Shown here: piece by piece, positions 37,917 through 51,050 of the stretch
How the letters are laid out: the number at the start of each line of letters is the position of its first letter
How positions within the stretch are numbered: position 1 is the stretch's first letter
Translations under genes and position numbers: made by a program
Assembly: GCF_964188315.1 (NCBI RefSeq)
Contig: NC_135662.1
Coordinates: 61,690,001-61,754,000, forward strand
Length of the DNA stretch: 64,000 nt
Reading direction: 5' to 3'
From: Podarcis muralis
Lineage: Eukaryota
Notes under the pieces: generated by a model
Told to the model about the DNA's origin: nothing
Database searches by the model: none
The model's input: the letters and a program-made list of their open reading frames with translations, nothing else

Positions 37917-38520
37917 GTGGGAACTTGCAACCAAGTTTTTAAAACTGCAGAAGAGCAGTGATTCAAGAGAATGGACTTCAAAGATAGCATTTTCTGACCC
38001 CATGCCCAGCTCCAGCCATCCCACCCCAAGACTGATCATTTCCCTTTGGAAAACCCAGAGTGTGTACACAAACAATAGAAGAATGGGGTGCTGCACTTCC
38101 CCTGCAGAAATTCCAAAGCCATTCCAAAACACACCTTTTACGAGACGTCCTTGTGTTCACCTTTTATTTTTTTGCTGATTATGAAACTGTGACTAGGGCC
38201 TTGTGTCCATTTTTGTCATCGGCAGCTTGAACAAAATTGGCAGGTTCACCTGTGTAATGACCTCAAAAAGGTAGTCAGTCCTGCAAGCAGTTTCCCCCCG
38301 GAACGTTTGGATTGGCAGTTATATTTCTCTGGCAACAACTCTTCACCAGTTGAATTGGTTCCATGGATGGGAGAAGGATTGGTCGAAGAAAACGCAATGC
38401 AGCTGCAGGGGATGTTTTGGCGTGGGAAAAGCTGGCATTGTATCATTATGATTACCATATTTTCAGCTACAAATATGTGATGGCTTTTTAAATTCCTAGC
38501 AAGAACTGAACGCTATAATA

Positions 38521-38735
38521 CAGTAATACCTCCACGAACGTCCGCCTAGTCTAGCATCCATTCCAGCGAACGTCTGCAGCAAACCCAGAAGTACCGGAAC
38601 GGGTTGCTGCTCACGCATGCGCAGAAGCATAAACCACTCCACTCTGTGCGCAGATGTGGCACTTTGCCCTGCATCCTTTTCGGCTAGTGGCTGGGATTCT
38701 GGAACAGATCCCGGTCACAAAACAAGGTACAACTG
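38521..38735. mobile_element. Tigger/pogo-like MITE, diverged
   Basis: TA-CAGTAATACCT...AGGTACAACTG-TA; internal ccagaagtaccggaacgggtt shared with the 57290 copy. Confidence 0.75.
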
Positions 38736-41147
38736 TATCTAAATGCAAGGAGAACATTTTTACATACATACACACACATACATTTCGGCTTCCACTTTTC
38801 AATGACTAGCAAACACATACCCAATGCAAGAGAAGTGCTTTCCACTCCTTCTCACAATAGGATTTGAAACCACATTTCAAAGTTTAAAACAATCCTGGTC
38901 TCTAACCTGGCTGCAGTTGATAAATCAAATGAACTATAAGCTGAAATAATCAATCAATACCTACAAGGGATGTGAAAGTGGGTGTTTGTATTGCATTGTT
39001 TCATCGATTGTTTGTCAATACATTATTCCACAAGAAATATTTATTGAAGGAGGGTTATATGTAGCAATTATATGCAACAATTGCTCATTACTGGAGAAAA
39101 CTTGTGCTTTTGTGTCAAGTGATTTATTGTTTTATATCTACTGTTGATGTTTTAAAGGTTTTTTTAAAGCCTGCGTGTTTCACCTGCTGCTAATTCTGCT
39201 TGGCAGACTTCATAATTAATACCTAGGGCAGGTACTCCTAGCTATCTTGGCCTGTCAAGCCATTTTATGTAATGTTTACATTGCATTATAATTTAATACC
39301 ACCTTTGACTTTCTGCTTTGCAAATATGGTACTCTCCTGGGTTTAGCAAGAAATCAGTGGTAGCTCTTTTCCATGAAAATAATTAGAGTTAAATCAGTCT
39401 TGGAAACGATGCAGCCGTTTGCCAATTATCCAGATTGTCAAATGCATAATTAATAAAACAAAAAGTAGCAAATTAACAGACTTTTTCACTTCAATGTCTT
39501 TCATAATTTCAAATGTTTCACCCTAGTCTTTCCATTGTCTATTTCATGTGGTTACTGCTGGCAGAAACACAAAACTCCCCCGTGGCCAACACGGTATCTG
39601 GTTCTATTCTCTAGTCATTTTGCTAATTTGTTTAGAGAGTTGCAACTCCCTGGTGGTTAATACCAATCATGCAATCATAGTTATTATTTTACTTATAAAT
39701 GCATTAATTATTCTGGAAGTGCCCGTGGCTTCATTCAGAGTGCATCAATAATATGTGCTGAACCAAGTGCGCTGCATTGTGTGACTTAGCTGTATGCTAT
39801 TAGAAAATCCAACTAAAGAAATTGTAAGCAGGTGATAGGCTTTATAAAAAAATTGTAATATGTGAATATTTCGTTTATGTTGCTTAGCTAGTGACTAGAC
39901 TGTTTGTATGTAAGCGTGCTACTGCTTTTGAGGTTCCTTTATTGCGGATTCATAAAACCAATTAAATGTTTCAAAAAGAAAAAAAAATTAAAAATGGCAA
40001 CGACAGTACAGGAAAAGTTCTTCCGTTATAAGTGCTCCATGGTTGATCCAGCACTGGATAGACAGAGGTGGATGGCTGCTTGAATAGCCTCAAGCCATTA
40101 TCCATATTCATCGGTCAGCTATCGCCTTCCCATTTTTATGCCATGTAGGTAATGAATACATATGCAGTGAAACCAGTCCTCAGGGAATCTAATGTAGGAT
40201 GGACTCAAGATCATCTTTTGCTCTCTGAAAACACCCTGAGGTTGCTGCATCTTTTCTCTGGTAAACAGAACTTGCTATGCTTGAAATATGAGGCTGAACG
40301 GCACGGCCACTGTTTTCTGGGCTATAATCCCCCCACAGATACACGTTCATTGTGCTGAAATTCCTAAGTGAAGAGAGAATTACTATCTAGGTTGCAATCA
40401 TACAGTAGTTTTTATGAGAGTGGGAGGCAGCAAAGGCAAAGATTCCGATAGTGTTCGCTCATTTCTTTTGTTCTACAGTTGCTTCTGGTCAAACAGGCTC
40501 CACAGGTAACTTGAAGCACTACAAACTCCAAAATCTGAGGAGAGAGATGATGGTAGAATGCATGGACCCACCAGGGACAATGCTGCCTCATGTCAGACCA
40601 CCAAAAACTGTCTTTCTCCAGCTTTAGGGAGTGTTTTTACACTTCTTTACACTAGAATGGCCTTTTCATTCACATCACATTTCTTTGTTAAATTAACAAT
40701 TCACTGTTGGCAGTTCTTAAAACTGTAAAAATAGATAAACTGGTATTCAGGAAGACCTTAAGTAAATGTCATTGCCGTTTGATATTCTGTTTGAATTTTA
40801 GGTGAACCTAATGGAGGTTTTTAAGCAGAGCTTAGGTGGCCATCTGCCATGGATGCTTTAGCTGAGATTTCTGCACTGCTAGGGGTTGGGCTAGAGGAGC
40901 CACGGGTCCCTTCCAACTCTACAATTCTATGGTTCTGTGAAATCCTGTTGTACTTGGTGTGATTAACTGCACACAACCTTATGCACTGGCAGCAGAATTT
41001 TGGTCATTTAGCATGTATCCCACATGTGATCAAGAGGAGCTGGAAGGAGGCATTCCGGAGGCATGGAAAACGTAAAGTTCAAAAACAAACCCACAGAAAA
41101 CAACAAAAATATCGGGTTTTCCATCTCATGATCTAGAAATTTCAGTA

Positions 41148-41373
41148 CAGTAGTACCTCAGGTTACATACGCTTCAGGTTACAGACTCCGCTAACCCAGA
41201 AATAGTGCTTCAGGTTAAGAACTTTGCTTCAGGATGAGAACAGAAATAGTGCTCTGGTGGCGCAGCAGCAGCGGGAGGCCCCACTAGCTAAAGTGGTGCT
41301 TCAGGTTAAGAAAAGTTTCAGGTTAAGTACGGACCTCCGGAATGAATTAAGTACTTAACCCGAGGTACCACTG
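41148..41373 (+). mobile_element. Tigger/pogo-like MITE
   Basis: TA-flanked; highly similar to 30235-30476. Confidence 0.9.
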
Positions 41374-43431
41374 TAATATTTATGTCTGGAAAACCGAGGG
41401 GAAAAGAAACGCAGTTCAATAAAAGGAAATGAAAAATTAACCAAGCATGGCCATTGGTGAAATGCACTGATTGTTGTCCTGCATACATTTGCGCCCTGTT
41501 ACAAGCAAAAGGCAAGTTGCTCTTCTCCGTCTGTCAAATGCAAAGATAATCATCTAGCTAGGCTTTCGGTTATCATCCTCTCTGTCAACGGTGTACTGTT
41601 ACCTCAGCCTGCAGCACACAACCAGCTGCTTTTGACAGTTAAGGCTTCAGCAACATAAAGATTCTAAATAGGGATTTGTATGTTATTCAACAAGTGATTC
41701 ATTTGTCAGCTTTCAGTACTGGCATTGTAAGGAATCCTCTGTAAAACAAACTATTGGTGATAGGACACAGAATCCTTCTCTCACCCTAGTAATTATGAAA
41801 CAGAAAGTACATGGATTTGTGTTTGTTTTGCCACCACAACAACACCAGAGATGTGTGTGTGTGTGCAATGTAATCTCACCTAAATGGACTGCCATGACAG
41901 AAAAGCAAAGCAAAAAAAGATCAACAATGAAGTCAATTGAATTTAAACCCTCTCTGTGTTTTATTCTTTACTCGCCATCTGCTTTTGTGCCTTTTCCTAC
42001 CTGATCTTTCAAAGAGTGGAACAACACCAGGGAAGAATGGAGAATACAACCAGATCTGAAAAATGTTATGTTTTCTCATGCAAATCTCCTATCTCAAAGA
42101 AAACAACCTAAGCAAAGCTAAATATTTATCTCATTGACTTAAATGGAAAATTAATTACATGCTTCAGTACTCCCACTGAAATCATTGGGACATTTTTTTT
42201 GGGGGGGGGATGGCAGGCATATCATACTGGAGTTTGTATGTTTATACTTAGCATTTGCTTAACATTTCAACAGGGAGAGTTGCAATTCTTTTTAATGTAT
42301 CCCTAAGATTTCAATTTCAAAAGCAACGTCTGAAACTATGCATTTGAAAGGTGAGCTTGAATTCCAGAATATCATAATTGTACAGAAGCTTGCCTCAGCT
42401 CTAAAAAGGGATGGCACTATTTAAAGAAATGCTAGTAAATACCAGGTCTCATCATAAGATGGCAAAAAAGCAGTACCTGCAGATATGCCACTACAAATGG
42501 CTGTATGTCAGATAAGGGATATTTCTTATGTGTTTGATCTCATTTAAAGCAGATTAAAATAAAATATGGAGTGCATAAGGAGGCAATTTGCTGAACAGAA
42601 TAATCAGTGTGATGATAAAGGACAGGGGGAATGCAAATTTAGCATCATATGGCTGACAGAAACCAAAGAGCTATCTACTACAAGAGCCACTCTGTACATT
42701 AGGTGGCAGCAGACACAAACGTACACTCAATGGGGAATTGCAGCTGGTTATTTGACGAGTGTAAAAATATGAAACACGTTTCCGCACACTTCTGTCTCAT
42801 TCACACACTACGTTTTGAACATGTAATATTTTTTAAAACACACACACAATGCTTAGTTATACTTCTAAGCAAAGCAATTGTGGGAAACAACTTCTTATTG
42901 CATCTATGGTGGAGAATGATTCATGCACCAGCCATAAAAAAAATTCACACCGCTCAGTCCAAACCACAGCATGGAAGGAAAGAAAAATTAAACTAGTTAA
43001 GCAATTATTCTGTTTAGAAGAACAGTCTTGGCTAAGAGGTTTGGGTGTTCCTGGGTATTCCACCCCCCCTCCCAGTTGTTCATAGTGGGTTGCTTATAAT
43101 TAGGAATTTTATTTACATGTGGATTTGTTACTGTTATGATTAGTTTCATTCCGGTTTTAATATTGGCCTGAAAGCTGCTTTAAGCTTATGAAAGGGCACA
43201 AGGAAACATTAAAAACAAAATAGAGCAAAATATACCCTTAGATTGCATCTATTGCTCTATGATTCAAGCAGAAAATGCTAAGTACATGCTACAAGGAATG
43301 GCAAAAACTTTCTCAAGGGCACTAGCCAATCTGACCTATGCCAAATATAAAGACCAGCCAGATTTTAGAAGAAGAAAATCTCCAGGTATACTGCTTTCAG
43401 TTTGCTTCTGTCTGTGCATATGCGAAGAATA

Positions 43432-43670
43432 GGAGGAGGAGGAGGAGTTTGGATTTATCACTGCCCTAAGGAGTCTCAAAGCAGCTAACAATCTCCTTTG
43501 CCTTCCTCCCCCACAACAAACACTCTGTGGAGTGAGTGAGACTGAGAGACTTCAGAGAAGTGTGACTAGCCCAAGGTCACCCAGCAGCTGCATGTGGAGG
43601 AGCAGGGAAGTGAACCCGGTTCACCAGATTACGAGTCCACTGCTCTTAACCACTATACCACACTGGCTCT
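43432..43670 (-). mobile_element. MIR-like (CORE) SINE
   Basis: CORE-like gtgactagcccaaggtcacccagc; head rc gaacccggttc...ttaaccactataccacactggctctc; (AGG)n tail. Confidence 0.75.
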
Positions 43671-43726
43671 CCCCTCCCTTAATATCCCCTCCCTTGATGG
43701 TGGGGTGAGTGAGTAAATAAATAAAT

Positions 43727-43845
43727 AAGGGTTGCCATATTTCAAACAATGAAAATCCGGACAGAAAAGTTGTTGAGCTTTTTTGCCACAGTTGTTCAGC
43801 TTTTTTGGGTTTTGCCCAAATTTGTTGAGCTTTTTGGCAACCCTA
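43727..43845. mobile_element. hAT (Blackjack/Tip100-type TIR) MITE
   Basis: AGGGTTGCCA...TGGCAACCCT; flanked by aataaat on both sides. Confidence 0.75.
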
Positions 43846-43924
43846 AATAAATCCTCAGTCATATATTAGCCTTGAGAGCCCACAGCTGAAATCACAAGAC
43901 ATATCCAGCTCTAGCATTACAGAA

Positions 43925-44545
43925 TGTCGTTGCTGGCATCCATCTGTCTTAGCAGACATTGGAGGAGCATGTCTTTCAGGGTGAGCTCAAACTGCTGAAA
44001 TGTTGCAGCACCTGTTGTGGCTGTAGAGACCAATGTGGGAGAGACATGTTTTGTTGCTGCTGAGGCAGATGAAGGCGTCTAGTTGTGTTACTGCAGATGC
44101 ACCATGACGTTTCTTCTCTCTGCGCTCCTCCCAGCAGTCATTTCTCCTCCGTTCACTGCTATGGATATATGACTTGACTGCCTGTCTCCAGGCCATAGCT
44201 GTCAACCTTCCCTTTTGTTGGCGGGAAATTCCCTTATTCCAGCGCCGTTTCCCGCTGCTATCCCGGATTGTTAGATATCCTGTAGACTGTCCCCAGGACA
44301 GGTGAGGCTGCTGATCCCTTATTTTCGAGGCTGCTGATCATTATTTTCAAATCTGAGAGTTGACAGCTATGCTCCAGGCACTGCGGTCGTCTGCAAGGGA
44401 TACCTACATGGCAGGATTGATGTTGCCAGCCTTCATGTCATGTTTGCAGACATCTTTGTAACACAGAGTTGGTCTGCCAGTTGGCCTGGTGCTGGAGGCC
44501 AGCTCCCCATAGAGCACACCCTTGGGGATTCTGCCATCTTCCATT
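43925..44545 (-). mobile_element. RTE-clade LINE (non-BovB) 3' fragment, interrupted by hAT MITE
   Basis: MEDGRIPKGVLYGELASSTRPTGRPTLCYKDVCKHDMKA...AWRQAVKS...FICLSSNKTCLSHIGLYSHNRC: typical RTE C-terminus with a terminal C2H2-like motif. Confidence 0.88.
44194..44371. mobile_element. hAT MITE nested in RTE
   Basis: TIR CATAGCTGTCAAC...GTTGACAGCTATG; perfect 8-bp TSD CTCCAGGC. Confidence 0.92.
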
Positions 44546-44574
44546 AACAGAACTATGGGTTTTAGGTACAATAT

Positions 44575-44820
44575 TGTTAAGTTGTGGGCGAACATATCAG
44601 ACGACACAGCGATTCTTCCAAAGCAGCTCTTTATTTTTAAGCTGGAACAGAACTGAACTGAGGAGCTCAGTCAGCCTGCTTATATAGAGCTCCAGAACAA
44701 TGTAACTGTTGCAACTTTCTAAAACTATCCAATCCCTGAACGTCACTTTCGATCCTTCATTTGCATAACTATCTACAGTATCCCTCTGCTGGCCCAGGGT
44801 GAGAACTTCAGTACATAACA
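44575..44820 (-). mobile_element. Solo LTR (246 bp)
   Basis: TGTTA...TAACA termini; 5-bp TSD AATAT; TATATAAG and AATAAA on the minus strand. Confidence 0.8.
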
Positions 44821-47340
44821 AATATCATTATATTAGAAATAATTACATGTGAGAAAGATTTGGTGGTAGAATAACGTCTCTGATTTCTGATTTCCCCATG
44901 AGTTAAACTTTGGAACTAGTCATATAATAGGATTCCTTGCATATTCCCCAAAAAAGGCAGGGGCCTGCTCAGTTAAGCACAAGACCAAGAATCATGTGAT
45001 GTTAGTGTTGCTCCTAAACTGAGCCTTCCATGAGTCAGGCAGATGGTTAGAAAGACCTTAAGGTGAGAGGAAATGATTCAGAACCTGAGAGAGCAGAGAG
45101 GAATGAGTCATGAGGGAATCCTCATCATGAGAAGAGTGAGATTCCGCGGCTGCCATCAAATTCTAAGGAAGAGCAGTGAGTAGATATGAATGAGGTAATA
45201 TGAAATGAGTAATTGAAGTTTTGCGAAACTGGGCAGCCATTTAGAAATTCCAGAGGGATAGTCAGGGGTACTCTGTTCACAGCAAACGCAAGAGAGTCCC
45301 TGTGGCACCTTATTGTAACGCAGATGGCAAGAAAAGCCCTAAATGGCAACCATATTAGTGAAAAACAATGCCTGAAATGACTTCACATACTGCTGTTCCC
45401 AGCTGGGTTTCCTGGTCTTTAATGGGTTGCAGCCAGGATTCAAGCCTAATACTTGGCCTCTCTTAGGACTACAGTCCAAAGTATACTGGTTACAGCAATG
45501 TTCTCCCACTGCTTGCACCTTCTGAGATGGTTGTACTAAGGGCTCATACACTGTTAACTTTCCTCCAGCTTTCTAGGCACAGGCCTGAGCTTTCCAGGTC
45601 TGTGTCCAAGAAGGGTTTTCATGTTTGTTTGTTTGTTTGTTTGTTTGTTTGTTTGTGTCACTGCATTTCCCTATGAATACCCACATTTTATCTCTGAATT
45701 GGAGCAAACAGTAATCCATGGGAAAACCCAGCTGCTGTTTGTTCTGATTCAGCAGTAGAATGTAGATTTTCCTGGGGAAAGTCCAGGTATGAAACAAACA
45801 AACCACTCAGACCTGGACCTGGAAAGATCTATGTCTAGTAATGCAGCATGAAAGGAAGTGTGGATGAGCTCCGAATCCTATTATTCTAACTCAGTGAACA
45901 ATTAGCCCATTTTATTTCTGCAGCTTTAATTTTTTGTTTCTAGCATTGTGCTACACTTTTTGTATTATGCTTTATATTCTATTTTTGTACACAGCTCAGG
46001 GTTTTGGTTTTGTTGTTTGATGTAAAGCTGTTTATAAATTCTGAAATAAACAAAATAAAATAAGACGGTAGGAGTTGGCCAACCACAGGAAGAAGATTCA
46101 GGGTGTCACGAAAAGTCTGCAACTATCAAATATTTACTTTAATGTTATAATTTTTGCCACCTAAGGGATTTTATGCCTCAAAAAACCCAAAATGTATACT
46201 GAAAATGAAACTGGTCCATTGATTATCTACATAACTCAGAAGTAGCAATAACACAAGTGCAAGCTGCTCAAAAAGAGAAATCAGCTACATAAATTACAAA
46301 TTAGGGAGGAATCAGGACCATTTCTTTTTTAAAATAGCATCAAAAGAGTATACAGTACTTAATTTTACAGAAATACTCGGAGCACATTTGTCAAATATTT
46401 CAAATGATGCCATCAGTAATAAATGCATATTTCCCAAAGCGGGGGTTGATAGTGCATTTTATTACAAAAATTGTTCCTGGTGAAACACACACCTATCAAG
46501 ACTCACTTAAAATTAGAATCATATCATCGTACTGGGTTCAGGAAGCATGAGATCCCTTATAAATGAATATATGCACAAAATCTGCCTTTAACTGAAAAGT
46601 TAATTAAATCATTCAAGTGCACAAATAAAGTCATTTGCAAGTCTAATGAACCCCTTCAGCCAAAGCTAATTGCAGCTGCAGTGAAGCAAAATACCTGCTA
46701 CTGGCTTTATGTTATCAAACAGAGCAGCTCCTCCTTTGGCATGTTGTAAAGAGCAGCGGCATTGTCCTCTATTAAGGAAGGCTATTGGTTTTTATTATAT
46801 CATTGAGTCATTTAGAGAGGATCTAAGGATCTGACTGCAATCTAGTATAAAGTTTTTCTCAAATGTCACCTTTATCCTCATGGCATAGGTTTCGTTCTTC
46901 ACTTAGTCCAGCCACATATCAGCAGCTTAAAATGCAGTGAGGTCGTTTCCTTCCACTTTATTTAAAGCTGGTTTAGCACATGCTTAGGAACACGGGAAGC
47001 TTCTTATACACCGAGTTAGACCACTGGGTCCATCTAGCTCAGTATTGTCTCTACACAGGTTGGCAGAGGCTCTCCAGGGTTTCAGTCAGGAATCTCTCCA
47101 AGTCATACCTGGAGATGCCCAGGACTGAACCAGGGACCTTGCAAATCTGACACTCACGGTGGGGTGGGGATGTCTTCATCTGATGCACATGACATGTATG
47201 GTTAACCCACACTTAGAACACCACTACACCTGACCTCCTATTCATGAAGCTGTCATCTGTGTATGTCATCTGCACATGCACGACGGCTCTCAAATGTGCA
47301 CACCTCAGCATAACTGTGAAGTGAATGTGGCTTATGTCTT

Positions 47341-47493
47341 CATAGAATAGTAGAATTGTAGAGTTGGAAGGGACCCTGAGGGTCATCTAAATCCAACCCC
47401 CTTCAGTGCAGGAATATGCAGCTGTCCTGTACGGGGATCGAACCTGCAAGCTTGGCATTATCGGCACCACGCTCTAACCAACTGAGCTATCCA
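47341..47493 (-). mobile_element. tRNA-derived SINE with CR1-type 3' tail (Squam3-like)
   Basis: Minus strand: ggatagctcagttggttagagcgtggtgc...ggttcgatccccg head, then CR1 tail gggtcccttccaactctacaattct. Tail-only pieces at about 10445-10530, 18868-18945, 40810-40940 and 57048-57143. Confidence 0.85.
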
Positions 47494-49703
47494 GGCTGGT
47501 CCAATCAGATCATATGGAAGCACTATTTCTAAACAAGCTGAAGGATAGATATGGATTGTGGCTAAGGTTGTCATGTGTACACAGCTTCAAACACCAGTGG
47601 TGGAAGCGCACTGGAGCCAGAGTAAACAGGATGTGCACACCACCTTAGAATAGGGCCAACTGTATTTTTAACAGACACATGCCTTGAGTTAAGAACCGGA
47701 AGTTCCTGGTTCAAATTCTGGAGTTCCAGATGCGCCAAGGATCACTGCCAGAACTTCACATACAAATATCACATTGCTTTTTCCAGCTGAGATGTGCCGT
47801 ATCATTTATTTGGCTATAGCTTGTCCTTCACTGACTTCTGAAGCAGTGTTTGTTAGGAACCTGACCGTGACTGTTTCCTTTAAAAACAACAAATAACTTA
47901 AGGATGGTTAATATAATGTTTTCTTTGCTCTGGCTTTTTTTTACCCAGGAGATTCAGGGGTGGAATGACAGCCTGCAGCTCCAAGGCATCCCTTGCTGTT
48001 AATTTTATTTTCACCAACCAGTAAGTTATACCACCAGAACCAGTGCTTAATGTAAAGGTCACTAGAGCTCAGCCATGGAACATATTTTGAATGCAAAGGC
48101 TCTGCTCTTCTTGAAATTCTGGAAGACCTCTACAGCACCCTCTGAGCACATACTGTTTGCCTTTTACTCACTAGTGAGTAAATAATCAAAACCAGCCCCC
48201 CACTCATCTAACAATACCTAGGCAGGCATCTTAGATTAAAAAGGCCTCCCTATAGGAAGGCTTGAGACTGGGCACCTCTCACTTTAAGTTATTTACTGCA
48301 CTGGTTTCCTACTACTTTCTGAGCTGAATTCAAGGTGCTGGTAATGATTGATAAAGGGGTGGGAAACCTGTGGTCCTCTAGAGGTTGTTGGACTTCAGCT
48401 CCCATCACCCATCACAAATGGCATGTGGGCTGGGGCTCATGGGAGTTGGAGTCCAACAGGGGCCATAAGTTTCCTGCTCTTGACATAAAACGACTGGGCC
48501 ATGCATACCTAACAGACTGCTTCCACCCAGTGTATATTCTAGAATAGTTTAGGATGGCTCTTTGCAATGCACCATATATGCAGAACTGTAAGGTTATGCG
48601 GAGAGGCATTCTTGGTGGTCCTCTCTAAACCTTAGAATTCTCATTCCACAGAGATTTGATTTTTGGTGACCAGTGACAGGCATGGATAATTTGTAATTTT
48701 CTCAAAGAAGCATAGTTAATTTATTAAGTCCAGTTAATTAATTACTATTTGAAAATGCTGTGCCCCCAGTATAATCTAACTTGCAATGTATTAGTGTGTG
48801 TTGTGAACGTACTTTTAAGTAATTATGGAATAGCAGTCATTGTTGGCAAGCGAAACTACGGGAATGGTATTTTAATTTACCACATTTGTCATTTGAATGA
48901 ACATGGCCCATGATTCTGCAGTATTTTCCTTCCAATTTCTAGTCCAAGCCTACTTAGAGGCATTCAAAAGTAACCCAACAGAGTCCAAAAGGTGTTCTTA
49001 GTGTCATTTATGAAATTTATAGCTGTGCTGCACTCTTCAGCTTCAGGAAGCTCCTCCAAAGACTTCACTAAAGAATATCCTGATAGCATCAGTAAGAAGG
49101 CTGTTCTGCATATGCGCCATCCTCACACATCCCCTGAGACTGAAAGCCAACAAAAGTACCAGCATTCTTTTGCTCTCATTGAAACAATTGAAGCACAAGC
49201 AAAACAATAATAAAGACACATGTCTAGGCAGTTAGGCTAGTAATAGGATATAAATCAGCCATTCTGGTCACTGCCTTATCAAAACTCATCTGCAGTAAAA
49301 CATCAGCTGTTTGCAAGGCAAATATGTACAATATCTGAATCAGCATTCCTCATGGCAAGTATTCCATCGATGTCATTGTCTACTATGTGTCTATTGACTC
49401 CACTGTAGAAATTCCCCCCTGTCCTAGATTTCCCTTCCCAACCTATTCTCAATTACCGACATTTAACAATGGGGCGGCCACTGATACTATGAGTTACAGC
49501 CCTTTATTGAGGTCATCAAGGAATGGAGAGAAGAAAATTCATAGTCTGACTGGAGCCATAAGGAGGAAGGGACCTCCCCAATAGGCTACTAAACCCGGGG
49601 TGGTTTCAGCTAAAAGCACAAAAGGCTGCCGTAATTTCAAGTTAACTTTAGTAAAGGCTGCCTTATTTGCAGACCATTCTAATGACTAGAAAACAGAGTT
49701 CCA

Positions 49704-50125
49704 TATTGGAAGACGCAAGATTTACCCACGTTGGAAGAATGGCAGACGAAGGTGATCGACTATATGGGACTGGCAGAGATGACTGGCAGAATTCGAGACC
49801 GGGGGAAAGAGGTGGTGGATGAAGATTGGAACAAATTTAAAGTTTATCTTAAAAACTGTTGTAATTTGGAAAATTAGGGGCTCAGAGTTATAAGAGATAA
49901 AGAACTACAGTTGTATTAATAACTAACTGAAGTTAAATACATGAAATATATTTAAGTTATGCTCAGAGGGGTGCTGAAAAATCTTGAAACAAGAATGCAG
50001 AAAAGGGGTGGTATGGGGAAGCCGTGTTTTTGTTTGTTTATGTTTATGTTTTTGTTTTGTCTCTTTTTTATTCATGGAAAACTAATAAAAATTTATTATA
50101 AAAAAAAAAAGAAAAAAAAAGAAAA
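49704..50125 (+). mobile_element. L1 LINE, 5'-truncated
   Basis: YWKTQDLPTLEEWQTKVIDYMGLAEMTGRIRD...EDWNKFKVYLKNCCNLEN* ORF2 end, 3' UTR, AATAAA and A tail; perfect 16-bp TSD AGAAAACAGAGTTCCA at 49688-49703 and 50126-50141. Confidence 0.9.
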
Positions 50126-50316
50126 AGAAAACAGAGTTCCAAAATGTCAACTGGATTCACGGGTGATACAGAGTGTAATGTTTATATAAGCAACGCCACT
50201 TCTAGACAATGGGTGCTGCTGCTCCATGTTCTGAGTGCTTAGCTAAATGTGTGTATCTGTTTTGTTGTGGTTCTGCCTTGGGAGAAGTTCCTGAAAAGAT
50301 TGGATCTATATACTAG

Positions 50317-50680
50317 GTAAAGGTAAAAGACCCCTGACAGTTAAGTCCAGTCGCGAATGACTTTGGGGTTGCAGCGCTCATCTCACTTTACTGGCTGAAG
50401 GAGCTGGCGTTTGTCCGCAGACAGTTTTTCTGGGTCATGTGGTCAGCATGACTAAGCCGTTTCTGGTGAAACCAGAGCAGCGCACGGAAATGCCATTCAC
50501 CTTCCCGCCAGAGCGGTACCTATTTATCTCCTTGCACTTTGATGTGCTTTCGAACTGCTAGGTTAGTAGGAGCTAGGACTGGACAACAGGAGCTCACCCT
50601 GTCACAGGGATTCGAACTGCCGACCTTCTGATCGGCAAGCCCAAGTCTCAGTGGTTTACACCACAGTTCCATCACGTCCC
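50317..50680 (-). mobile_element. Sauria SINE
   Basis: TSD CTATATACTAG at 50306-50316 and 50681-50691. Confidence 0.92.
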
Positions 50681-50693
50681 CTATATACTAGAG

Positions 50694-50829
50694 CAGTGTT
50701 TCCCAACCTTGGGCCTCTAGCTGTTTTTGAACTACAATTCCCATCATCCCTGACCACTGGTCTTGCTAGCTAGGGATGATGGGAGTTGTAGTCCAAAAAC
50801 AGCTGGAGGCCCAAGGTTGGGAAACACTG
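50694..50829. mobile_element. Palindromic hAT MITE
   Basis: CAGTGTTTCCCAACCTTGGGCC...GGCCCAAGGTTGGGAAACACTG; perfect 8-bp TSD TACTAGAG. Confidence 0.95.
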
Positions 50830-50909
50830 TACTAGAGAACTGTGCTATTGGTCTAACTTGCAGATCCTTCATAAAGTATATCCCACTAAGCAAGTACATT
50901 CTCATAACA

Positions 50910-51050
50910 CAGGCACAGGCATAGGCAAACTCAGCCCTCCAGATGTTTTGGGACTACAACTCCCATCATCCCTAGCAACAAGACCAGTGGTCAGAGATGA
51001 TGGGAATTATAGTCCCAAAACATCTGGAGGGCCGAATTTGCCTATGCCTT
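50910..51050. mobile_element. Palindromic hAT MITE (second subfamily)
   Basis: CAGGCATAGGCAAA...TTTGCCTATGCCT; flanks tcataaca/ttataaca. Confidence 0.85.

Noticed and set aside
47400-47493. Possible tRNA gene
   Set aside because: The tRNA-like head continues into a CR1-derived tail, so it is a SINE rather than a tRNA gene.
48975-49079. Protein-like minus segment GYSLVKSLEELPEAEECSTAINFINDTKNTFWTLL
   Set aside because: The donor is weak (gttact), no homolog is recognised, and it could not be linked in phase to the nearest candidates.
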